NCBI GenBank assembly: GCA_039804105.1
Contig: JBDRZU010000001.1
Coordinates: forward strand, 1,312,001-1,376,000
Length of the DNA: 64,000 bases
From: a candidate division WOR-3 bacterium
GTDB lineage: Bacteria; Hydrothermota; 32-111
Direction: 5' to 3'
This document shows, piece after piece, positions 43,928 through 52,863 of the stretch. Made by a program: the position numbers and the translations under genes. The notes beneath the pieces were generated by a model that saw only the letters and a list, made by a program, of their open reading frames with translations, was not told the DNA's origin and did not search any database. Each line of letters begins with the position of its first letter. The first letter of the stretch is position 1.

Positions 43928-45789
43928 TTTTTCTTTTTATACATCTCCTCTATTTTTGTTTTATATTTGTCTATGATAACTTTTCTCCTTTTCTTTAATG
44001 TTTCTGTTATCTCTTTACCTATCTGTAATTTTTCGGGAATTATGGTAAAGTTTTTTATTGATTCAAATGGATGGAAGTTTTTTGATCTGTTGATTCGCTC
44101 TTCAATAAAATTTTTAAGAAACTCTTTGACCTTTATATTTTCAACAACTTCTTTCAGATTATCTATATTCAGTTTGAGTTCTTTTATAAGATTTTTTAAT
44201 TTTTCCTCTTCGATAAAAATCAAAGCAGCAAGATCTTTCTCATCATCTCCCACAACAACCGCATGTGAAATGAATTCGCTCTCTTCAAGTTTCTCTTCGA
44301 TCCTTTGAGGTTCCACATTCTCTCCACCTAAAAGAACTATTGTATCCTTTGCTCTTCCAAGTATTATGAGGTTTCCATTTTTTGTTATGAATCCAATATC
44401 ACCAGTATTTAACCAACCATCTTCAGTTAAAACCTTTTTTGTTTCCTCTTCGTTTTTATAATAACCTTTCATAACCTGATCACCCTTGACATAGATGATC
44501 CCTTTTTCACCTTTTTTTACCTTTTTCCCATTTTCATCTCTTAATGAGATCTCTGTTCGGTCAAATGGTATACCAGCCGTAAAAAGAAAGTTGTAATCGA
44601 ATCTTCTCGATGTAATTCCTGGCGAGGCTTCTGTCATACCATAGGCGTTTAAAAGTGTTATTCCTACTGTATTAAAGAAATTATCAATATATTTTGGAAT
44701 CATACCCCCACCTGTGAATGCACCTCTCAGCCTTCCACCAAGATTGTCCCTTATAGGTTCAAAGATAAAATATGCGAGTAACGATGGTATGAGAAATAGA
44801 GGAAAAATTATAAGTGACATCATAATTTTAAAAAATCTTTTTTTATAACCTTCTTCATATAGTTGTGTATCTCTGTTGGTAAGAACTCTATAAGAGTATA
44901 GATGTTTTTCACGTATGTTTAAAAAAATATAAAAAAATGTTTTTTTGAAAACCTTTTCATTTTTCATTCTATCAATAATCTTTCTATAAATGTGTTCCCA
45001 GATCCTTGGCACTGCGCTCATTATCGTTGGTTTTATTTCAATAAGATCTCTTGCAAAATTCTTCACATTTGAATAATAAATTTTTGCTCCACCTGCAATA
45101 CACACATATTCAAAAGTTCTTTCAAAAATATGCCATACTGGTAAAACAGAAACTGTTACATCTCCCTCTTTTCCGTAAGTTTTAAATTTTATCAATGGAG
45201 TTATTGCTGAAACATTATGCATAAAATTTTTGTGTGTGAGTATAACACCTTTTGGGTTTCCGGTTGTTCCTGATGTGTATATGATCGTTACAAGATCATC
45301 TTTATCGATGTTTGCTTTTTCATAATCTTTCCCATCATCTTTAAAAAGGTCAGAAAAATTAATGAAATTTTCAGATCTGTTGAAAACTATAATTTTTTCA
45401 CTTTTTATTATACCTTTTATCGATTGGTAAAGTTTTTCATCCTCAATTATCGCAAACTCTGAATCAGAATGTTTCGCTATGAAACCCAACTCACTTTCAG
45501 GTGAAGAAGAACTTCTTGGAACATCTACAGCCCCGATCGACAAAAGAGCCATATCTGCAATAAGCCATTCATATCTGTTATCTGAAATGAGTAAAACTTT
45601 TGTTCCCTTTTTTATGCCTAATTTTCTGAATGCGGATGAGACCTTTTTTACTTTTTCAAAAAATTCCTTATAGGTAATATTTTTAATCCCATTTTGCTCT
45701 CTATAACTCTGTAAAATTCTTGAGGAATATTTTTCTACAGAATTTTCTAACATTTCAAAAAGTGTTTTTGAGTTCAGTATTTTTTCCAT
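43924..45789 (-). CDS. Long-chain fatty acid-CoA ligase (AMP-binding)
   Basis: IIYTSGTTGNPKGV, YGMTE, GWLNTGD, GRAKD, TETLKKRR. Confidence 0.92.
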   Translation of the reverse strand: MEKILNSKTLFEMLENSVEKYSSRILQSYREQNGIKNITYKEFFEKVKKVSSAFRKLGIKKGTKVLLISDNRYEWLIADMALLSIGAVDVPRSSSSPESELGFIAKHSDSEFAIIEDEKLYQSIKGIIKSEKIIVFNRSENFINFSDLFKDDGKDYEKANIDKDDLVTIIYTSGTTGNPKGVILTHKNFMHNVSAITPLIKFKTYGKEGDVTVSVLPVWHIFERTFEYVCIAGGAKIYYSNVKNFARDLIEIKPTIMSAVPRIWEHIYRKIIDRMKNEKVFKKTFFYIFLNIREKHLYSYRVLTNRDTQLYEEGYKKRFFKIMMSLIIFPLFLIPSLLAYFIFEPIRDNLGGRLRGAFTGGGMIPKYIDNFFNTVGITLLNAYGMTEASPGITSRRFDYNFLFTAGIPFDRTEISLRDENGKKVKKGEKGIIYVKGDQVMKGYYKNEEETKKVLTEDGWLNTGDIGFITKNGNLIILGRAKDTIVLLGGENVEPQRIEEKLEESEFISHAVVVGDDEKDLAALIFIEEEKLKNLIKELKLNIDNLKEVVENIKVKEFLKNFIEERINRSKNFHPFESIKNFTIIPEKLQIGKEITETLKKRRKVIIDKYKTKIEEMYKKKK

Positions 45790-45825
45790 AACGATATTAT
45801 ATCCTTTTTTTTAAGAATGAAAAGA

Positions 45826-45853
45826 TTGAAAAAATTTTTCAAAAAGTTATAAT
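45826..45853 (+). promoter_or_regulatory. Putative sigma70 promoter with an overlapping palindrome
   Basis: TTGAAA-N16-TATAAT; TTGAAAAA-A-TTTTTCAA inverted repeat at 45826-45842. Confidence 0.5.
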
Positions 45854-45871
45854 AAAAAAAATGGAGGGAAA

Positions 45872-46477
45872 ATGAAAATTTTAAGAAAAAAAATATTTCC
45901 TATATTGGTCATAATTTTATCTATTACCTGTGCTAAGGATTTTAAAGTAAAAACTTCAGAGTATTCCTATTTTTTTAAAGAGAGTAGCACTTTCATATAC
46001 GATGTATCATCATGGGGAGACAAGTATGAGTTGGTTATCGAGATCAAAAAGATGGACAAAAATCTCCACTATAGATACTGGCTTGAAGATGATACGATAT
46101 TTAAATTCGTAGATGATGTCGTGGTTTTACAGAAATCTCTTGAAAATTCAGATAGAATATTTATGAATCTGTGGGATTATAATGTGAGTAATCTTGATGA
46201 TAAAATATCTGTATTTTTTTCAAAAAAAGTTTTTAAAGATCTTGTTAACAAAAAAGAAGTTACAATCGATGTTGGAGATGGAGAAGAACATCTGACTTTT
46301 GAAAGAAAAACAACTTACAATTGTGTAATTGATGGAAAAGAGATTGAACTTAAAGCTATTTATGCAACGAGTGATCTTTTTGGTTATTTTTGGATTCTTG
46401 ATGATGAAAGGTTTCCCTTGATATTAAAGATGGAAGTTGGATATATAATTGAGCTTAAAGAGATAAATACAAAATAG
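45872..46477 (+). CDS. Hypothetical exported protein, possible lipoprotein
   Basis: GGAGG SD; signal peptide ending in SITC. Confidence 0.7.
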   Translation: MKILRKKIFPILVIILSITCAKDFKVKTSEYSYFFKESSTFIYDVSSWGDKYELVIEIKKMDKNLHYRYWLEDDTIFKFVDDVVVLQKSLENSDRIFMNLWDYNVSNLDDKISVFFSKKVFKDLVNKKEVTIDVGDGEEHLTFERKTTYNCVIDGKEIELKAIYATSDLFGYFWILDDERFPLILKMEVGYIIELKEINTK

Positions 46478-46479
46478 TT

Positions 46480-47748
46480 TTAAAAAAGATAAAAAAATAA
46501 AGTATATACCATAATATTCACAAAAGTTAAAGGTATACCTATTTTTGAAAATTCAAGAATTTTTAATTTTATACCTTTTTTTTCTGCTGTTTGTAATATT
46601 ATTATATTGCTCGCTGCTCCAAGAAGAAAAATATTACCAGCTATTGTGCTTCCTGCTGCAAGTGCCATAAGTAGTCTATGATCAAGATTTTTGAAGGTTT
46701 CAAGAAAGAGTATTACAAAAGGAACATTTGAGATCAACTGGCTTAAAATTATTGATGAGGAAAATATAAAATTTAAAGATATTCTAACATGTTCAAACTT
46801 GAACAAAAAGTCAGGTTTTTCTTTTAAGTATAAACTTTTCATAAGAATAAACATAGAAATGAAGAAAATAAGAGTTTTGTAGTCAAGATTTTTCAATATA
46901 TGTTTTCTGTTTTGGTTTAAAAGAAGTATCAAAAGTGATGATGGTACTGGAATTACAAAAAGTGGTATTTTGAGATTTCTAAAAATTAAAGGTAAAATTA
47001 CTTTTAAAAAAATCATAAGGATCAGGAGAAACACCGAAAGAAAAGAAATTTTAAAGTTCCTGTTTATCACATATTTTTCCTTCTCGAAAGATATAGTTCT
47101 TTTGAAATCTATCTTTTTTCTAAATACGATTTTCATTGTAAAATAGAGTATAAAAAGGTTCAGAAATGTTGGAAGAAATAGATACCTTGTGAATGTGACA
47201 AAAGGAGAAATATCGTTTATTCTTGATGCTATCACAAGATTCTGTGGGTTGCCTATTGGGCTTGACACACTTCCAAGAGTGACGCTGTACGCAAGGACTA
47301 ACAAAAAAGATTCTGTGTCTATTGAAAACTTTTTTGAGAGATATATCGCAAGAAAAGTTCCAACGATCGCTATCGTGTCGTTCATAAAAAAGTATGAAAG
47401 AAAACCCATTGTTATTATAAAAAGAAAGAGAAGGGAATCCATATTTTTGGCTCTTGAAAAAATCCTATAACTTAAAGAGTAAAGGAACCCACTTTCGAAA
47501 AGGGATTCACCAACAACAAATATTGATGCTAAAAAAATTATGACTTCGAAATCGATCGCTTTAAATGAGTCGTACAGAGAAATACTATTTGTTAAAATAA
47601 CGAATAGAGCCCCCAAAAACATTACAAGATAAATTTTTATCCTTTCACCAAAAAATTCTCGAAGAAAAATTAAAAGAAAAACTATAATTGTTGTAAAAAA
47701 TGGAATAAAATCTTTAATTTTACTATAGAAGGATAAAAATGAATCCAT
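46480..47748 (-). CDS. ArsB/NhaD (ion transporter superfamily) anion permease
   Basis: MNDT, SPIGNPQN, ISNVP, STIAGN..LLGAASNII. Confidence 0.88.
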   Translation of the reverse strand: MDSFLSFYSKIKDFIPFFTTIIVFLLIFLREFFGERIKIYLVMFLGALFVILTNSISLYDSFKAIDFEVIIFLASIFVVGESLFESGFLYSLSYRIFSRAKNMDSLLFLFIITMGFLSYFFMNDTIAIVGTFLAIYLSKKFSIDTESFLLVLAYSVTLGSVSSPIGNPQNLVIASRINDISPFVTFTRYLFLPTFLNLFILYFTMKIVFRKKIDFKRTISFEKEKYVINRNFKISFLSVFLLILMIFLKVILPLIFRNLKIPLFVIPVPSSLLILLLNQNRKHILKNLDYKTLIFFISMFILMKSLYLKEKPDFLFKFEHVRISLNFIFSSSIILSQLISNVPFVILFLETFKNLDHRLLMALAAGSTIAGNIFLLGAASNIIILQTAEKKGIKLKILEFSKIGIPLTFVNIMVYTLFFYLF

Positions 47749-49291
47749 CTTCAATTTTTGCTATCTCAAGGGATTTGGATCCGTTAAACTCAAAAGAAAA
47801 TGTTTTTCTTGTAAATGTCTCATCTTTTAACAAAAAATGTATTTCTGAAGTATAGAAATCTGGGATTATATCTGTAATTTTTATTTCTGTTCCAATATTT
47901 TTATGTTTTGCCATGTAGTTTAAAAATCTATCGTTGTAGAAAAATATTTTGAAATTGTTATCGACAGCAAAAAACGGATTTGGTAAAGATTCAAGTATGG
48001 AATAATATTTTTTTAACTGGTTGCTCATTTTTTCCTCAAGTATTTTTCTATCTATCAATCTTGAAATCTGCTGTCCCACAAACGAAAGAAATTCTTTATC
48101 CTTTTCGGAGTATTTTATATTTTCATCATAACTTTGAACAACAAGAACTCCGGAAAAATTATCACCAAGAAGTGGAACTCCCAGCCAGTATTCAGAAAGA
48201 GTCCCAACGATTTCCACTTCACCTTTTCTTGAAAGGTTTATTATATCCTGTCTTGTTAAAAGTTTTGTCTCTTTTGTTTTCAAAACATATTCTGTTAAAC
48301 CATTTCCAAATCTTTTTGATGGAGCATGGTTATCTTTCTGATCAACAAAATATGGAAAAGAAATGATATTGCTTTCTTTGTTGTGTATCGCTATATAAAA
48401 ATTTTCTGAGAATATTATATTTTTTATTTCCTGATGTAACTTTGTAAAAAGATCTTCAAGGTTTTTTGAACTGTAAATTATATTTGATATTTTATAAAGA
48501 GTCTCATTTAACAATGATGAAAACTTCTTTTCAGTGATATCGTTTATTATCGCTATTATACAATTCTCTTCATCGATTTCTATAAAATCCGCACTGATAC
48601 TTGCCCATCCGATCGTTCCATCTTTTCTTCTGAATTTGATCTCAAAGTTTGTTATTGGGCCTTTGGTTAATATTTTGTCTATGAAAAGGGCTCTCTCTCG
48701 AGGATCAGCGTAAAGTATTAGAGTTGATTGTCCGAGTATTTCATTTTGAGTGTATCCAAAAACTTTTTCAACTGAACTGTTTATTTCGATTATCTTGCCA
48801 TCCTCAACCCTGCTTATCAAAACAACGGCAGGATTGTTCTGAAAAATTTTTGCAAACCTTTCATTAACCTTTATGTTTTGGTCTTCAACATTTTTTTTGA
48901 AGGTTATATCTTTTATAAATAAAAGAACTTTATAGTCCTCGCTTTCTATATCTTCTATTGGAATGAAAAGATTTTTAACCCAAATCTCTTTTCCTTTGAT
49001 AACAGTTAAATTGTCTATATCCAAAACTTTTTTCAAATTTAATGCTTTTTGTATACCTTCTTTTTTTTGTTCCAGTTCGAAATCTTTAAAAAAATATTTT
49101 AGAGGGATTTCGCCTTCACTTTTTATTTCAAAAAATTCTTTTGCTTTTTCATTTAGAAATTCAACTGTGAGATCTTTGTTGATCAGTAACACTACATCAT
49201 CAAGTAGATTTAAAAAGTTGAAAAATATCTTTTCCTGCTTTATCGCGATCTCTTTCAGTTGTTCGCAACCATATTTTTCAAAATTTAACAT
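47723..49291 (-). CDS. PAS-PAS-GAF-PAS sensory protein with no output domain
   Basis: PAS motifs (KDIT, FGYTQNEILG, RRKDG, DITEKK); GAF (WLGVPL...GVLVVQSY); terminal partial PAS. Confidence 0.8.
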   Translation of the reverse strand: MLNFEKYGCEQLKEIAIKQEKIFFNFLNLLDDVVLLINKDLTVEFLNEKAKEFFEIKSEGEIPLKYFFKDFELEQKKEGIQKALNLKKVLDIDNLTVIKGKEIWVKNLFIPIEDIESEDYKVLLFIKDITFKKNVEDQNIKVNERFAKIFQNNPAVVLISRVEDGKIIEINSSVEKVFGYTQNEILGQSTLILYADPRERALFIDKILTKGPITNFEIKFRRKDGTIGWASISADFIEIDEENCIIAIINDITEKKFSSLLNETLYKISNIIYSSKNLEDLFTKLHQEIKNIIFSENFYIAIHNKESNIISFPYFVDQKDNHAPSKRFGNGLTEYVLKTKETKLLTRQDIINLSRKGEVEIVGTLSEYWLGVPLLGDNFSGVLVVQSYDENIKYSEKDKEFLSFVGQQISRLIDRKILEEKMSNQLKKYYSILESLPNPFFAVDNNFKIFFYNDRFLNYMAKHKNIGTEIKITDIIPDFYTSEIHFLLKDETFTRKTFSFEFNGSKSLEIAKIEDGFIFILL

Positions 49292-49303
49292 TATTTTATT
49301 TTA

Positions 49304-49828
49304 TCAATTGGTTTTTATATTGTCAACAAGTAAATTTTTAATGAACTCGACTATATTAAAATGAAAAGGACATATTGAATAACCCTGAAAAACATAATTG
49401 TATATCTTTGAGAAATCTTTTGTTTCGATGTAAGGGAATTCTCTACATTCTGTACCTCTAAAAGGATAAACCGAACATTCATTACCTTTGAGGTATTTAC
49501 ATGGGGATTGGTTCATAACAAAAACATTATGCTTTTCATAGAAAATAAAAGTTTTTTCTATAAGTTCTTTTTCATCGATTCCTGTTCCTTGTGAGAGAAT
49601 TGGAATATCATCTTTTTCAAAAACGATAATAACTTCTCTACAACAGTTTCCGCATTCCCTGCATTCGAGAATTTTCTTCAGATCCTCATAGAATCTTTTT
49701 ACTGGAATATCAAAACTTTTTTTTACACAATCATCAAGATCTCTAAATTTTTCAAAAAAAATTTCGTTTTCATAAGCTTTTATAGTTGAAATCTTTTTTA
49801 TCTCTTCTACATTTTTTATTATTTCCAT
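49304..49828 (-). CDS. YkgJ-family (CxxCxxCC) Fe-S/zinc cluster protein
   Basis: CRECGNCC, PCKYL...CSVY..R...CREFP. Confidence 0.85.
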   Translation of the reverse strand: MEIIKNVEEIKKISTIKAYENEIFFEKFRDLDDCVKKSFDIPVKRFYEDLKKILECRECGNCCREVIIVFEKDDIPILSQGTGIDEKELIEKTFIFYEKHNVFVMNQSPCKYLKGNECSVYPFRGTECREFPYIETKDFSKIYNYVFQGYSICPFHFNIVEFIKNLLVDNIKTN

Positions 49829-49834
49829 CGTTAT

Positions 49835-49862
49835 ATAATAGTTGAATTAAAATATTTTTCAA
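49835..49862 (-). promoter_or_regulatory. Putative promoter of the YkgJ unit (leaderless)
   Basis: TTGAAA-N16-TATTAT on the - strand, 6 nt before the ATG. Confidence 0.5.
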
Positions 49863-49888
49863 CATGGACGAATTCTGGAAACTTCTTA

Positions 49889-49916
49889 TTGACTTAAAAA
49901 AATTTTTAAGTAAAAT
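49889..49916 (+). promoter_or_regulatory. Putative rpmH promoter
   Basis: TTGACT-N16-TAAAAT; AGGAGG SD at about 49956. Confidence 0.65.
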
Positions 49917-49965
49917 ACTTTCTTTTAAAAATTTATGATGATTTAAGTTTTGGACAGGAGGTATA

Positions 49966-50115
49966 ATGAAACCAACTTATCATCCAAGTAAGATAAAAAG
50001 AGTGAGAAAACATGGGTTCAGAAAAAGGATGGAGACTTCAAACGGAAGGGAAATACTTTCAAGAAGAAGAGCAAAAGGAAGAAAACGTTTGACTGTCTCT
50101 GATCCTAAAGTATGA
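49966..50115 (+). CDS. rpmH: 50S ribosomal protein L34 (absent from the ORF track)
   Basis: Manual translation: [49 protein letters not shown]. Confidence 0.97.
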   Translation: MKPTYHPSKIKRVRKHGFRKRMETSNGREILSRRRAKGRKRLTVSDPKV

Positions 50116-50447
50116 GGAGAATTGGGAAAACCCCGATTTTAAAAGAGAGTGAAATAAAGAGTGTCTTTGAAAATCCTAAAAGGATTTCATCTGACTCTTT
50201 TGTTCTTTTGTACAAAAATGGAAATGAGAAAAAGGTCGCTTTTACTGTGAAAAAGAGGAATTATAAAAATATAGTTGAAAGAAATAAAATGAAAAGAATT
50301 TTGAGAAAACTTTTTCTGGAAAACGAATCGGGTTTTGTTGAAAAAATGAATTATGTCTTTATAGCGAACAGAAAAATTTTACAAAAAGATATCGAACAGT
50401 TAAAACAAGAATTTTTTGATGTTGTTAAAAAGGTCAAGCAACAATGA
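50112..50447 (+). CDS. rnpA: Ribonuclease P protein component
   Basis: AFTVKK...[11 protein letters not shown] (RNR-motif variant); lies between rpmH and yidD. Confidence 0.88.
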   Translation: MRRIGKTPILKESEIKSVFENPKRISSDSFVLLYKNGNEKKVAFTVKKRNYKNIVERNKMKRILRKLFLENESGFVEKMNYVFIANRKILQKDIEQLKQEFFDVVKKVKQQ

Positions 50448-50653
50448 ATAGAATCTTCATATTTTTTATCAAAATATATAAAAGATTTATTTCACCAATG
50501 TTTCCTCCAACCTGTCGTTTTACTCCGACATGTTCAGAGTATTCATTGCAGGCGTACCAAAAATATAATTTTATCAAAGCATCTTTTTTGACTATCAGAA
50601 GAATTCTAAGATGTAACCCATTTTCAAAGGGTGGATATGACCCACTCGAATAG
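50444..50653 (+). CDS. yidD: Membrane protein insertion efficiency factor
   Basis: ISP...[22 protein letters not shown]. Confidence 0.96.
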   Translation: MNRIFIFFIKIYKRFISPMFPPTCRFTPTCSEYSLQAYQKYNFIKASFLTIRRILRCNPFSKGGYDPLE

Positions 50654-50662
50654 GAGTTTTTT

Positions 50663-52216
50663 ATGAACAATTCAACGAAAATGCTTATCATGTTTTTTTT
50701 GATAATTTTGATTTTTGCTTATTATTCTTATATGACTCCAAAAACATCAGTTGTCCAAAGTACAACAGATGATAGTTTAAAAGTTGAGAAAGTTAACACG
50801 ATTTCCCAAAATATAGAAATCTTGCAACAGAAATCTCCTGAAAATTATATCATACCCAAGGATACAACTTTATTTTATTTTGAGACAGATCTTTTGAGAG
50901 GAAAAATCTCATCTCTGTCTGGTTCTTTTTCGTCTTTGGTTTTAAAAAATTATAAAACAAGAAAAGGTGATTCTCTCGAACTTTTAAACGATGGACAGAA
51001 ACTTTTTAAACTTATTATAAAATCGAACAATCTTGTTATAGATTTTTCAAATATCAATTTTGTTCCGATTTATATAGGGGATATAAATCCTTTAAAAAAT
51101 GATGTTGACTCATTGGTTCTTGTGGGATTTTTTGATACAATCAGGATAACGAGAACTTTTATTTTTAAAAAAGGGAGTTATCTTATAACACAAAAAATAG
51201 GTTCAAATATACCGCTTGATAAAAAGGAATATATTCTTGAAAAGGGAATTTCTTTTACGGAAGACAATATATCGGATGAGTTACAGTACTATGGAGTAAG
51301 TTATCATAGTTTTAACAACATTTACAGGATAAAGGAAAAAAATGTTAAAAACACTTCAAATTACTCAGGTACTTATGATTGGATGGGAGTTCAAACAAAA
51401 TATTTCTTTGCTGGAATCATTGGAAAAGGAGATAACATACAGGTAAAAAAACTTGAAGATAAAAAACTTGAAACACAGTTTTCTATATTTTCCGATTCAG
51501 TTGATTTTTATGTTGGACCAATAGATTATAGGATTCTGAGGCGCTTAAAAAATGGAATGGACAAACTTCCAGATTTTGGATGGTCATGGATACAGCCGAT
51601 AAGTAAATTGATACTTTCTTTTTTAATATTTATGTACGGATTCATTCCAAATTATGGAGTGATAATTATACTTCTTTCGATAATTTTGATAATAATCTTT
51701 TCACCTTTGACTTTTACTTCTTTTTCGTCTATGAGAAAAATGCAGATGATTCAACCACAACTTGAAGAGTTGAAGAAAAAATATGCCAAAGATCCACAGA
51801 AACTCAATACTGAAACGATGAATCTTTATAAAAAATCTGGAATAAATCCTTTTATGGGATGTTTACCACTTCTAATCCAGATGCCTATATTTTTTGCTCT
51901 TTATGCTATATTGAGAACAACTATTGAATTAAGACAAGCACCTTTTGCCTTCTGGATAAAAGATCTTTCGTATAAGGATCCTTTCTATGTGCTTCCAATT
52001 TTAACCGGTATAACAATGTTTGTTTCACAGAAGATTTCGTCAACAGCAACAGATGAATCACAAAAAATGCTTGTTTACATAATGCCTGTAATGATCACGA
52101 TTTTATTCTTAAATATGCCTTCAGGTATAAACCTTTATTGGTTTATTTATAATATTTTGTCTGTAGGACAACAGATTTTAATTAAAAACAGTATAAAAAA
52201 ACAGATGGGAGAATGA
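50663..52216 (+). CDS. yidC: Membrane protein insertase
   Basis: DFGW, NYG, NPFMGCLPLLIQMPIFFALY, WIKDLS, PSGINLYW. Confidence 0.96.
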   Translation: MNNSTKMLIMFFLIILIFAYYSYMTPKTSVVQSTTDDSLKVEKVNTISQNIEILQQKSPENYIIPKDTTLFYFETDLLRGKISSLSGSFSSLVLKNYKTRKGDSLELLNDGQKLFKLIIKSNNLVIDFSNINFVPIYIGDINPLKNDVDSLVLVGFFDTIRITRTFIFKKGSYLITQKIGSNIPLDKKEYILEKGISFTEDNISDELQYYGVSYHSFNNIYRIKEKNVKNTSNYSGTYDWMGVQTKYFFAGIIGKGDNIQVKKLEDKKLETQFSIFSDSVDFYVGPIDYRILRRLKNGMDKLPDFGWSWIQPISKLILSFLIFMYGFIPNYGVIIILLSIILIIIFSPLTFTSFSSMRKMQMIQPQLEELKKKYAKDPQKLNTETMNLYKKSGINPFMGCLPLLIQMPIFFALYAILRTTIELRQAPFAFWIKDLSYKDPFYVLPILTGITMFVSQKISSTATDESQKMLVYIMPVMITILFLNMPSGINLYWFIYNILSVGQQILIKNSIKKQMGE

Positions 52217-52863
52217 TTATGGATAAAGAAAAAAAATATATTGATGTTGAGGATGAAAGTGTTGAAAAAGCGATAGAAAAAGGAGTTGAACTTTTAAAAA
52301 CAACGATCGACAATGTTGATATTGAAATAATAAATGAGCCTCAGAATGGTTTTTTAAAGTTCGGCAAAAAGAAAGCGGTTGTTAGATTACATCTTTTGAA
52401 TGGAGAGATACCCGAAGAACTTCTCAAAAAAGAAGAAAAGGTTGAAGAACAAAAAAAAGAAAAAATAAACATAAACGAAGTTCTTGAAAAAGTTTCAACT
52501 GAAAAAAAGAATGGGATCTCTGGAAATGAAGTAAAAGAGAGGAGAGAAAATCTTAATGAATCAACAAAAGAATTATTAGAGATAAAAATCATAGAGGAAA
52601 AATTTAAGAGGTTAACAGAATTGATGGGATTTACTGTTGAACCCGAGATAAGTTTTTTAAACAACAAATACAGGATAATTATAAAAGACACTCCCGATGC
52701 CAACCTGTTGATTGGGAAAAACGGAAAAACCATAGATGCTTTACAACATCTTTTAAACAAGATGTTGATAAAAGAAAAATTTACAAAACCTGTTTATCTG
52801 GATATCAAAGGTTATGTAAAGCAGAAGAGAAGGAACAGATTTCTGAAAAATGGTAAAAAATGA
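52213..52863 (+). CDS. jag: Jag/EloR/KhpB-like RNA-binding protein lacking R3H
   Basis: Jag_N (SVEKAIEKG...GFL), KH LIGKNGKTIDALQ; lies between yidC and mnmE. Confidence 0.8.
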   Translation: MIMDKEKKYIDVEDESVEKAIEKGVELLKTTIDNVDIEIINEPQNGFLKFGKKKAVVRLHLLNGEIPEELLKKEEKVEEQKKEKININEVLEKVSTEKKNGISGNEVKERRENLNESTKELLEIKIIEEKFKRLTELMGFTVEPEISFLNNKYRIIIKDTPDANLLIGKNGKTIDALQHLLNKMLIKEKFTKPVYLDIKGYVKQKRRNRFLKNGKK

